From Candidatus Limnocylindrus sp. (GTDB lineage Bacteria > Chloroflexota > Limnocylindria > Limnocylindrales > Limnocylindraceae), in assembly GCA_040397175.1 (NCBI GenBank), contig JBBAWM010000002.1:64001-128000 (forward strand): a DNA stretch of 64,000 nucleotides, read 5' to 3'. Positions within the stretch are counted from its first letter, which is position 1, and every line of letters begins with the position of its first letter. Below the pieces are notes generated by a model. It saw only the letters and a list, made by a program, of their open reading frames with translations, searched no databases and was not told the origin of the DNA. Shown in pieces: positions 49,629 through 58,506 of the stretch. Position numbers and translations under genes: made by a program.

Positions 49629-50182
49629 ACGCGCGTCTGGTACTCGCCCGTTCGTGTATCGACGCGAATGACGTCACCCACGCTAACGAAGAGCGGTACC
49701 TGGACGACCAAGCCTGTCTCAAGGGTTGCCGGCTTTCGTGTACCGGTCGCCGTATCGCCGGCAAAGCCGGGATCAGTCTCCGTCACCTTGAGATCAAGGT
49801 TGATCGGCAGTTCTACACCGAGCGTTTCACCCTCGTAGCTCACGCGATCAAGCTGCAGGCCATCCTTGATGTAGTCCTTTGCATCGCCAAGCTGCTCAGC
49901 GGTGATCACGAACTGGTCGTAGGTTTCGGTATCCATGAAGGTGTAGTCGTCGCCCTCGGAGAAGAGGAACTGTGCCGTGCGACGCTCCATGGTGGCGCGC
50001 GGAAACTTCTCGCCCGCTTGGAAGGTCTTCTCAACGATGGACTGCTTGCGAACGTTGCGGAACTTGATGCGCACCTGCGCCGAGCCACGCCCCATCTTGA
50101 TGTGGTGGTAGTCAAGAATCTGCCAGAGGTCGCCCTCCAGCTCAATGACGACACCCTTCTTCAGTTCACCGGTTGAGATCAT
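49625..50182 (-). CDS. efp: Elongation factor P
   Basis: KMGRG loop, FMDTETYDQ, GDTATG.RKPATLETG, VPLFV, VDTRTGEY. Confidence 0.98.
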   Translation of the reverse strand: MISTGELKKGVVIELEGDLWQILDYHHIKMGRGSAQVRIKFRNVRKQSIVEKTFQAGEKFPRATMERRTAQFLFSEGDDYTFMDTETYDQFVITAEQLGDAKDYIKDGLQLDRVSYEGETLGVELPINLDLKVTETDPGFAGDTATGTRKPATLETGLVVQVPLFVSVGDVIRVDTRTGEYQTRV

Positions 50183-50195
50183 GTCGGACTCTCCT

Positions 50196-50228
50196 CTACT
50201 GGGCCGTACGCGGCGGCAACGTGGACAT
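50196..50228 (-). CDS. Putative leaderless leader peptide MSTLPPRTAQ upstream of efp
   Basis: TAGAAT-7 nt-ATG TCC ACG TTG CCG CCG CGT ACG GCC CAG TAG; the stop overlaps the efp SD AGAGGAG. Confidence 0.5.
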   Translation of the reverse strand: MSTLPPRTAQ

Positions 50229-50245
50229 CTGGAGCATTCTAGCCG

Positions 50246-51469
50246 TCAGCCGACGATTATGGGATCCGACGGGAAGCGTGTGAGCAGCTCCAGCGTGCCC
50301 TTCGTGGCGTCCACGGCGACAAGGTCTTCGATACGAATACCAATCTGATCCTCAAGATAGATCCCCGGCTCAACGCTGAAGACCGTTGGTGACGGGAGTG
50401 GGTCCGTGCTCGCGGCACGCGAAAGGCTGGGGGCCTCGTGCGTCTGCAGCCCAATGCCATGACCGAGGCCGTGATCGTAGATGCCGTTCCCAGTGCCCAT
50501 GGCCCGCCGCGTCTCTTCATCGCAGCTGCGACCAGAAGGCATGGTTTTGCTAGGCCCAGTAATGGACTGCCGTAGAAGGTCCAATGTCGCAGCCTGACCA
50601 CGATGCACCTGCTCGTAGAGCGCAAGGTCCGCGTCGCTGGCGGTACCAACGAAGAGCGTTCGAGTCATGTCACTGCGGTAGCCCGCAACCTGTGCGCCGA
50701 AATCAAAGAGGATCACTTCACCGTGCTTCAGTGCACGGGCACTTGGACTCCCATGTGGGAGCGCGGCGTTGCCACCAGCCAAGGCGGCCACATCGAAGGC
50801 GAGCGCCTCGGCGCCATCCTCGCGCATGCCGCGCTCCAGGGACCACGCTAGGGCCGCCTCGGTGGCGCCCGGGGCAATCTGCGGCAGGAGTCGAGCGAGC
50901 GCACGATCGGCTACAGCGCAAGCGGCGGTGATTCGTTCGATCTCCGCTGGCTCCTTGCGCGCCCGCTGTCCGCCGCCGAACCCCTTCACGGGCACCAGCT
51001 CCACGCCGGTGGCCGTAGCGGCGATGCGCTCCCAGACGGCGTGACGAACCGCCTGTGGATCAAGCCCGCAGCGTCGCACGCCATGTGCCACCAGCCAGCG
51101 GCCAATCGTCTCGCCTGCATCACTGCCGTAGTCGAGTGCTGTGGCAAGCGGCGCCTCGCGTCGCGCCTGAACGGTGTAGCGTGAATCTACGAGCACGGCG
51201 AGATCGTCGCCACTGACTAAGAGCCAGCCACTGGAACCAGCCACGGGCTCCTCGTTCGGACCGAACTCCATCCCCGAGAAGTAGCGTGCGTCAGCGTGCG
51301 AGGTCAGCAACAGTGCATCAAGCCGCTCGTCGATCGCCCGAGCGCGTAACGCTGATAATCGGCCAGGTTGTGCCAAGCGATCAGCTGTTCGCCAGCGGTC
51401 GAGATCGAGCGCTGTTGGCGCTCGGGAAAATTCTTCGGGCCGCGGTAGCGTGGTGCGCACGCGCATCAC
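50246..51469 (-). CDS. Xaa-Pro aminopeptidase (M24 family)
   Basis: LPHG, DFGAQVAGYRSDMTRT, HGLGHGIGLQTHE, SVEPGIY, RIED. Confidence 0.93.
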   Translation of the reverse strand: MMRVRTTLPRPEEFSRAPTALDLDRWRTADRLAQPGRLSALRARAIDERLDALLLTSHADARYFSGMEFGPNEEPVAGSSGWLLVSGDDLAVLVDSRYTVQARREAPLATALDYGSDAGETIGRWLVAHGVRRCGLDPQAVRHAVWERIAATATGVELVPVKGFGGGQRARKEPAEIERITAACAVADRALARLLPQIAPGATEAALAWSLERGMREDGAEALAFDVAALAGGNAALPHGSPSARALKHGEVILFDFGAQVAGYRSDMTRTLFVGTASDADLALYEQVHRGQAATLDLLRQSITGPSKTMPSGRSCDEETRRAMGTGNGIYDHGLGHGIGLQTHEAPSLSRAASTDPLPSPTVFSVEPGIYLEDQIGIRIEDLVAVDATKGTLELLTRFPSDPIIVG

Positions 51470-52653
51470 TTCCAGCCGTATTTTCGGGCCTTCGCCTCAT
51501 GTTCGGCGAGGGTCTTGCTGAAATCGTGTCGACCTTTCCCATCCGGAATCAACACGAAGTACAGCTCCTTTCGGCTCAGGTCAGGCTGACGTGCTGCGAT
51601 GATCGAGGTAAGCGTTGGTGAGCAGAACGGGGCTGGCGGTATGCCACCTCGAACGAACGTGTTCCACGGCACGAGGTCTGCTGGCACGCGCGGTGGAATG
51701 AGGCCGGAATACGGCTTTGCCGGGAACCTCCAGAATTCATAGTTGGCCCATTTTGAGAGTTTGAGATTCCGCAATGCCGCGGAGTCAGCCACCCAAATGA
51801 TCGACGGATCGGCGAAGAGCCCCTGGCCAAGCTGCAACCGATATGCGTAAACCCCGGCCATGCGCGGCCGCTCATCATCTACCGCAGCCTCTTTCTCTAC
51901 GATTGAGGCGAGGGTCAAGATCTCGTTGAACGAATGGACACCCGAGCTCCCACGGTATTGCTCGGGCACCTGTTCCGCAAAGCGGTCGAGCAGGATGCGG
52001 ACGAAGCTCTCAGCGCTCGCTGAAACTGGCACGCTGAGGGAGCCAGAGCCAAGACGCCCTTCTAACGTTCCGCCGGGTGGTAGATCAAGCCATGGGTAGT
52101 CGGCAACCAGGGCGGCGCTCGGCCTCCGAAGGATTTCCAGCACGTCTGCCGCCTTGAAGGGGAGCTCGAGCGTGGTCAACTTGGCCACGATCTGTTCAAT
52201 GCGCAGGCCGGCGCGAATGTCGACGGCGATCGTCGGCTCGTGATACGGAGTCGTCAGCGCCTTCGCAACCTCGGTGGGGGTCATGGTCGCGGCGATCTTG
52301 AACGTGCCTGCCTGAAGCTTTCCGTCGAGGCCTGCTGCACGCACCGCGTAGAGGAAGCCGACTTCGTCGGCGATCAGCCCCGCCTCATGGAGTTGGCCAG
52401 CGATGGCGGCATTCCCCATCCCAGCGGCAATCTCCACCGCCACCAATGTGGGGTCGCTCCCAGCCGGATCGGTCGTACGTGTGCCGAGTCGCTCAAGAAT
52501 GATGTCACTAATGATCGGCAGTGCGGCGATCCCCGGGGATCGAACGCCCGCAGTCACGAGTGCATCGCCAATGAGCGGCGGCGCGGCGACGCGGAAGAGT
52601 ACGGCAGCGATGAGCACTCCAGCAATCACACGAATGAGGCGTGTTCGGCTCAT
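51466..52653 (-). CDS. mltG: Endolytic transglycosylase MltG
   Basis: TM anchor, LQAGTF, TLASIVEKEA, G.PP.P.CSP, LYFV, HDFSKTLAEH. Confidence 0.9.
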   Translation of the reverse strand: MSRTRLIRVIAGVLIAAVLFRVAAPPLIGDALVTAGVRSPGIAALPIISDIILERLGTRTTDPAGSDPTLVAVEIAAGMGNAAIAGQLHEAGLIADEVGFLYAVRAAGLDGKLQAGTFKIAATMTPTEVAKALTTPYHEPTIAVDIRAGLRIEQIVAKLTTLELPFKAADVLEILRRPSAALVADYPWLDLPPGGTLEGRLGSGSLSVPVSASAESFVRILLDRFAEQVPEQYRGSSGVHSFNEILTLASIVEKEAAVDDERPRMAGVYAYRLQLGQGLFADPSIIWVADSAALRNLKLSKWANYEFWRFPAKPYSGLIPPRVPADLVPWNTFVRGGIPPAPFCSPTLTSIIAARQPDLSRKELYFVLIPDGKGRHDFSKTLAEHEAKARKYGWK

Positions 52654-53156
52654 CTCGCTGCCTCACTCGCATCGGACAACAGGGCCCTCGCGTCGACCAG
52701 GAGATCAGGATTGAGGGCATCCTCCAAGATGAGCCGTGCCGCTTCGCGGTCAATGGCGACGCGTCGCGCCTCACGGCGAGCCGGACCAGGTGCACCGCCG
52801 CTGCTCCCCCGCGGCGCCCGACCGAGCGACGCCTCGGCGCGTTGCGACGAGTAGCGTTCATCGACAAATGTGACGGGCAGTTGCAGCGAGTTTGCGATAT
52901 CAGCCGCCCATTCGAGGGTGGCGGCCGCTTGCGGGCTCAGACTTCCATCACTGTGGAGCGGGAGTCCCACGACGAGCTCTGTCACGCGCCCCTCCGCGAC
53001 GATGGTTCGGAGTCGCTCACAGTCGCCCGCGGCGGTGGGGCGACGCATCATGGTTGGCAATCCACGTGCGGAGGCAGAATCCTCACGGAGTGCGAGGCCA
53101 ATGCGTCGTTCGCCAAGATCGATGCCGAGAGCGCGGCGACCTGATGGGGCGCTCAT
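52650..53156 (-). CDS. ruvX: YqgF/RuvX pre-16S rRNA nuclease
   Basis: LGIDLGERRIGLA, VVGLP, DERYSS, AARLILE; follows alaS. Confidence 0.93.
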   Translation of the reverse strand: MSAPSGRRALGIDLGERRIGLALREDSASARGLPTMMRRPTAAGDCERLRTIVAEGRVTELVVGLPLHSDGSLSPQAAATLEWAADIANSLQLPVTFVDERYSSQRAEASLGRAPRGSSGGAPGPARREARRVAIDREAARLILEDALNPDLLVDARALLSDASEAAR

Positions 53157-55882
53157 GAGCGAGTCACTGGAGTACCGAGGGCCTTCGCGAGAACCTTCGT
53201 CGCTTCATCCGAATTACTCCCGACGGCGCCGCGGCCCTGTCCCATTGCTGGTCGCCCGCCACCACGTCCGCCGAGTGCCGATGCCGCCGCGGCGGCGAGT
53301 GCACCCGCATCATGCTCCGCACTCCCCTCAACCGAGACGAAGATCTCTGGGCTTTCCGCAGGTCGTACGAGCGCAAGGACGCCTGCCCCCAACGCCTTGC
53401 GGAGCTGCTTGGCCGCCGCCTTCAACGCCTCATCGTCTTCGACATCCAGCACCGCGACAAGGATCGAGAGCCCGCCCTGCTTGGTCGCTTGTGCTGCGAG
53501 AGCGGCCAGGTCGATGCGGGCCGAGCCGCCAGCCTTCGCGCGTCGCTTCGCCTCTTTCAGTTCTGCCTGAAGGGCGGCAATGCGCTGCGGCACCGTGTGG
53601 GCATCTTGCGCACCCGCCGCCTCGGCGCTCGCCTCAAGGGTGCGCGACTGTTGGCGTAGGTACTCGTCGGCGGCCGCCCCCGTGAGCGCTTCGATGCGGC
53701 GTAGCCCAGAGCCGATGCTGCGCTCGCTGGTGATCACGAAGCTCCCGATCTGACCGGTGGCGCGGCAGTGTGTGCCGCCACAGAGCTCGTGCGAGTACTC
53801 CTCCATGCGTACGGTGCGCACCATTTCGCCGTACTTCTCATCGAAGAAGGCGTCGGCGCCCGCCTTGACCGCTTCGCCCATGCTCATCTGCGCCACGACG
53901 ACAGTCATATCATCACGGATAGCTCGACGGACTTCGGCCTCCGTTTGGTCGCGCTCATCGCGCGTGAGTGCACGCTCAAGTGGATAGTCAAATCGTAGGT
54001 AGTCGGGGTGGACGAGCGAGCCACGCTGCTTCGCCTCAGCCCCCGCCACGATGCGGATCGCCCGGTGTAGAACGTGCGTCGCCGTGTGATTCCTCATCGT
54101 TGCCGCGCGACGAACCGGTTCAACACGCAGAGCAATGGTATCCCCAACCGAAAGGGGTGCCGCCGCGCGAACGGTATGAACGGTGAGTGCGCCGACCGGA
54201 CGCTGCGTATCGCTCACCTCCGCAAGCGGCTTCCCGCGGGCATCAAGTATCTGCCCCGCGTCACCAACCTGTCCTCCGCGCTCGGAGTAGAACGGGGTGC
54301 GCCCAACAATCAGTTGCCCCTCTTCGCCGGCCGACAGCGCCGGAACCTCGACACCGTCGCGAAGGAGTCCCAGGATCGTACTCTCGGCGTTGAGTTGTTC
54401 GTAGCCGACGAAGTCTGTCTCGCCGACGCGTCGCAGGATCTCTTCGTAGAGGGCCGTCGTCACGGCGATCTCCGCAAGGGCAGCCTTCTTGCCGCCGCGG
54501 CTGCGTTCACGCTGTTCCGCCAAGGCGCTCTCAAAACCGGCACGGTCAACGGCAACACCACGTTCCGCTGCAAGTTCAACGGTGAGATCAATTGGGAAGC
54601 CATACGTATCGTGCAACTTAAAGGCAATCTCGCCACCGAGCGTCGGACTTGCGGCTGGCAGGTCATCAGCACGACGGCCAACGACGCTCTCCCCTGCCCC
54701 GAGTTCGGCGAGCGCATCACCGAGCAGGCTTGAACCGGCATCGAGCGTTCGTGCGAACTGCGCCTCTTCACGTTCGATCCCTTCAAGTATCGCCGTCTCT
54801 GCATCGCGCAGGTACGGATAGGAGGGCGCCATGATTGCCACAACCTCGCGAGCGATGGTGCCGAGGAACGGCTTGGTGATCCCGAGGAGTCGCGCATGGC
54901 GCACCGCGCGCCGAATGATGCGACGCAACACGTAGCCACGCCCCTCATTCCCCGGTCGCACGCCGTCGGCGAGCAGGAAGGTTACGGCGCGTGAGTGATC
55001 GGCAATCACCTGGTAGCTAAAGCGCTGCGCGTCAAACTCGGCCATCGAGTGTTTGGTGATGTTGCGCATCGCAGCATGGATTGGCAGGAAGAGGTCGGTG
55101 TCGTAGTTGGAGAGCACCTGCTGCGAGACGCTGGCGAGCCGCTCCAGGCCCATGCCAGTATCGACACTCTTGAAGGGGAGCTCGGTGCGGCGACCGTCTG
55201 GGTGCTGCTCGTACTGCATGAAGACGAGATTCCACACTTCGAGCCAGCGCGGGCAGTGCTCGGAGTGGTCTGGGAGGCAGTCGGCGCCGCAAGAGAGATC
55301 TGCGCCGCGATCAAAGTGAATCTCGGAGCAGGGGCCACAGGGGCCCGTCTCGGCCATGCGCCAGAAGTTCGCATCGTTCCCCTTGTCGACGTTGCCCCAG
55401 CGTGCGAGTCGATCGGCGGGCACGCCGACCTCCTTCAGCCAGATGTCCGCCGACTCCTTATCGTCGCTATAGACCGTAACGGCGAGGCGATCGGCGGGGA
55501 TCCCCGCTTCGACGGTGAGGAACTCCCACGCCCAGAGGATCGCATCGCGCTTGAAGTAGTCCCCGAACGACCAGGAGCCGAGCATCTCGAAGAGGGTGTG
55601 GTGTCGAGGGGTTCGGCCGACCTCCTCGAAGTCGTTGTGCTTCCCCGCCACTCGGAGGCAGCGCTGGTAGTCGACGGCGCGGCGATACGAGCGGGTCTCG
55701 GCACCACTGAAGAGCTCTTTGAACTGCACCATCCCCGAGTTCGTGAAAAGGAGGGTGGCGTCGCCGGCGGGGACGAGCGAGGCGCTCGGCACTTGGGTAT
55801 GTCCACGCGCCTCAAAGAACGCCACGAACCGAGACCGAAGGTCGGCGGCGCTCTGCGTCGGGATTCGAGGATCGCGTTCCAC
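53153..55882 (-). CDS. alaS: Alanine--tRNA ligase
   Basis: LLFTNSGMVQFK, EVWNLVFMQ, DTGMGLER, NHTATH, ELCGGTH, GGRGGG. Confidence 0.98.
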   Translation of the reverse strand: MERDPRIPTQSAADLRSRFVAFFEARGHTQVPSASLVPAGDATLLFTNSGMVQFKELFSGAETRSYRRAVDYQRCLRVAGKHNDFEEVGRTPRHHTLFEMLGSWSFGDYFKRDAILWAWEFLTVEAGIPADRLAVTVYSDDKESADIWLKEVGVPADRLARWGNVDKGNDANFWRMAETGPCGPCSEIHFDRGADLSCGADCLPDHSEHCPRWLEVWNLVFMQYEQHPDGRRTELPFKSVDTGMGLERLASVSQQVLSNYDTDLFLPIHAAMRNITKHSMAEFDAQRFSYQVIADHSRAVTFLLADGVRPGNEGRGYVLRRIIRRAVRHARLLGITKPFLGTIAREVVAIMAPSYPYLRDAETAILEGIEREEAQFARTLDAGSSLLGDALAELGAGESVVGRRADDLPAASPTLGGEIAFKLHDTYGFPIDLTVELAAERGVAVDRAGFESALAEQRERSRGGKKAALAEIAVTTALYEEILRRVGETDFVGYEQLNAESTILGLLRDGVEVPALSAGEEGQLIVGRTPFYSERGGQVGDAGQILDARGKPLAEVSDTQRPVGALTVHTVRAAAPLSVGDTIALRVEPVRRAATMRNHTATHVLHRAIRIVAGAEAKQRGSLVHPDYLRFDYPLERALTRDERDQTEAEVRRAIRDDMTVVVAQMSMGEAVKAGADAFFDEKYGEMVRTVRMEEYSHELCGGTHCRATGQIGSFVITSERSIGSGLRRIEALTGAAADEYLRQQSRTLEASAEAAGAQDAHTVPQRIAALQAELKEAKRRAKAGGSARIDLAALAAQATKQGGLSILVAVLDVEDDEALKAAAKQLRKALGAGVLALVRPAESPEIFVSVEGSAEHDAGALAAAAASALGGRGGGRPAMGQGRGAVGSNSDEATKVLAKALGTPVTRS

Positions 55883-55912
55883 GCTCGGAGTGTACCCGAG
55901 GGGGTCGACGCC

Positions 55913-56188
55913 TTAGGGTCGCTGCCCTCGCTCCCAATCGGTCGCAATCCGCGCGGTCAACCGCTCGCCGAGGAGTGCGCCGATGAGCGGGGCCGGCCAC
56001 GCCGTGCCGCCCACGGGGTAGAGCCCGCCCAGAAGGCGCTCAGCCGCCACCTGCAGCACGAGCGCGCCGACGACTGCACCGAGGAGCCCGACTGGGAGGG
56101 AGGCGCGCACGGAGAGGAGTCGCCCGGCGAGCAACGCCACCCCCACGGAGAGGGCGATGAGGAGCGGTGCCGGTTCAATTGCGATCAT
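55913..56188 (-). CDS. Small hydrophobic membrane protein
   Basis: Two to three Gly-rich hydrophobic segments; ATGA overlap with the mnmA stop. Confidence 0.55.
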   Translation of the reverse strand: MIAIEPAPLLIALSVGVALLAGRLLSVRASLPVGLLGAVVGALVLQVAAERLLGGLYPVGGTAWPAPLIGALLGERLTARIATDWERGQRP

Positions 56189-57345
56189 GTGGAACGTTTT
56201 GGGCGGGCGATCCGCGCGCCTGCAACGAGGGTCTCCCCGTCGTAGAGCACCACCGTCTGGCCAGGTGATGGCGCCCAGAGCGGATCGCTCAGCGCAAGGG
56301 TTGCAGCACCGCCGCCAAGGCCCGTCAGGGTGCCCTGAGCCAGCGCACCGCGATGACGAATGCGCGCAAGCCCCTGGACCTGCACACCACTGGCGATGAG
56401 TCCCTCTGGCGTTGCCGCTTCGACGAGTGGAATGCTGCGCACATCGAGCGCTGCACGTGGCGCAATGGTGATCCTATTGGTCACAGGGTCAACCGAGCTG
56501 ACATAGCGCGCCGAGACTCCACTCCCTGGGAGACCCCTGCGCTGTCCAACGGTGAAGCCTTCACTTCCCGCATGCGTTCCCACAACGGCGCCAGATTCGT
56601 CAAGGACCTCACCCTCCCCGCGGGCAGCACCACGTTCACGCAACAGGCTGCGGTAATCGCCGTCGGGGACAAAGCAGATCTCTTGACTCTCGGGCTTCTC
56701 TGCCGTGACCAGGCCGCGCGAACGTGCGATCTCGCGCACCTCGGGCTTCGTCAATCCACCCAACGGGAATCGAGCTCGTGCAATCGCAGCGGTGTCGAGT
56801 CCGTGCAGGAAGTAGGTCTGGTCCTTCTCGGTGTCGACAGCGGCGCGTAGCCGCCAGGAACGGCCGTCGGTAGAGGCTGCGCGACGGGCATAGTGCCCGG
56901 TGGCCACCGCATCGCACCCAAACAGGGCACTCCCCTTGCCAACAAGCGCACCGAACTTTACCGCTGTGTTGCACCCCACGCAGGGGCTTGGCGTCTCGCC
57001 GCTCTGATACGCCGCCACAAAGGGCTCCAACACGGCGTCGGCGAACTCCTGCTCGAGATTCTGAATGTGGAACGGAATGCCGAGATGATCCGCAACGCGA
57101 CGTGCGTCGTCGGCGGCGTCAAGGGTGCAGCAGCTCTTGCGGTGACCGTCACGCTGGTCGGCGGCGCTGTGGAGTCGCATCCATACGCCCACCACTTCAT
57201 GGCCCGCCTCAACCAAGAGTGCGGCAGCGACCGATGAGTCAACGCCACCAGAGAGCGCAACAAGAACGCGCTCTGGCGCGATTGCCTCGGGTGCGGCCTG
57301 CCAACCTGCAGGGAGCCCGCCGAGCGGTGTCGTTGTCAGCGTCAT
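56185..57345 (-). CDS. mnmA: tRNA 2-thiouridylase MnmA
   Basis: SGGVDSS, PSPCVGCN, ATGHY, KDQTYFL, ESQEICF, TVGQRRGL. Confidence 0.97.
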   Translation of the reverse strand: MTLTTTPLGGLPAGWQAAPEAIAPERVLVALSGGVDSSVAAALLVEAGHEVVGVWMRLHSAADQRDGHRKSCCTLDAADDARRVADHLGIPFHIQNLEQEFADAVLEPFVAAYQSGETPSPCVGCNTAVKFGALVGKGSALFGCDAVATGHYARRAASTDGRSWRLRAAVDTEKDQTYFLHGLDTAAIARARFPLGGLTKPEVREIARSRGLVTAEKPESQEICFVPDGDYRSLLRERGAARGEGEVLDESGAVVGTHAGSEGFTVGQRRGLPGSGVSARYVSSVDPVTNRITIAPRAALDVRSIPLVEAATPEGLIASGVQVQGLARIRHRGALAQGTLTGLGGGAATLALSDPLWAPSPGQTVVLYDGETLVAGARIARPKRST

Positions 57346-58496
57346 GCTGGCACCGCGGTACGCACGCGCTCCAACACAGAGCGCACCACCGTCGCAGCGT
57401 GGCGTGCCTCCTCCACGGTGGAGGTGCGCCCAAACGTGAGGCGAAGGCCACCACGTGACTCTCCGTCACTATGCCCCATGCCGCGGAGCGCCTCCGAGGG
57501 TTCGCGGGATCCGCTGATGCACGCCGAACCGGTCGAGGCGGCGATCCCCGCGTGGTCGAGAGCCGCAACGAGGTCATCACCAAGCGCCCAATCAGCGGCG
57601 TAGGAGCGATGCCCTGCGAGGCGTGTGTCACTCGTAAACGGCGCGCCAGTTGGCACGAGCCCGAGCAAAGCGACTGGGCCGAGCGCGCCGTCAAAGGCGT
57701 CGGTGAGCGCGGCGAGGTGCTGGCGTGTTTGTGCGGCGTGGAGACGGTGAGCACGATATGCGGCGGCGAATCCGGCGGCAAGGACTACCGCCTCCGTGCC
57801 GCCCCGACGGCCGCGCTCCTGACCGCCACCAACGACCAGGGGTCGCACCTTGGCATCAACTGCGCTGATCAGTGCGGCGATGCCAAACGGTCCGCCAACC
57901 TTGGCAGAGCCCACAACAAGATGCGCAGCTCCGGTCGCTTGGGCGTTCAGTTCGTGGTGGTATGCCGCTTGCACCGCATCGACAACGAGTGCTCCACCAC
58001 CCGATGCGCGCCATGCAGTCGTGAACGCTGCCCACGGCTGGATCGTGCCTACTTCGCCTGAGGCGAGGGCGAAGAGCCCAACGGCTCCTGGGTAAGAGAG
58101 GCGGGCGCCGGGGACCTGCATCACCCCTTGCACGTCCAGCGGCAGAAGCTCAGTAGGTCCGCCCGCGGCGGCGTGCTGCGCCGCCAGAGCGCGGGATCCA
58201 CGGTGCTCCCCCGCCGTCGTCACCAGTGGCAGGGTCGGCGTCAAGGCGGAGTGCAGTCCGAGGGCAAGCGCCTCGGAGGCCGTCGCGGTGAAGGTGATCT
58301 GCCGTGGCTCAACGCCAAAATCCTCAGCGAGGCTCGCCCGCGCGTCGTCGAGAACCGCTCGCGCTCGACGAGCCTCCGTGTGGCCGCCGTTCGGATTGCC
58401 GATACCGGCGCGTTGCAGCTCAGCCATCAGTTCCACGACCTCTGGGAGCGTTGGCGATCCCGCCGCGTGATCCAGGAAGATACGGGATGGCGTCAT
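57342..58496 (-). CDS. Cysteine desulfurase (IscS/NifS family)
   Basis: FLDHAAGSP, DAVQA, SAKVGGP, GGGQERGRRGGT, STGSAC; ATG 58496; paired with mnmA. Confidence 0.9.
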   Translation of the reverse strand: MTPSRIFLDHAAGSPTLPEVVELMAELQRAGIGNPNGGHTEARRARAVLDDARASLAEDFGVEPRQITFTATASEALALGLHSALTPTLPLVTTAGEHRGSRALAAQHAAAGGPTELLPLDVQGVMQVPGARLSYPGAVGLFALASGEVGTIQPWAAFTTAWRASGGGALVVDAVQAAYHHELNAQATGAAHLVVGSAKVGGPFGIAALISAVDAKVRPLVVGGGQERGRRGGTEAVVLAAGFAAAYRAHRLHAAQTRQHLAALTDAFDGALGPVALLGLVPTGAPFTSDTRLAGHRSYAADWALGDDLVAALDHAGIAASTGSACISGSREPSEALRGMGHSDGESRGGLRLTFGRTSTVEEARHAATVVRSVLERVRTAVPA

Positions 58497-58506
58497 CGGA
58501 CGAAGG

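Noticed and set aside
54995-56245. 416-aa plus-strand ORF and many similar overlapping ORFs
   Set aside because: Antisense or alternative-frame shadows of well-supported genes such as alaS
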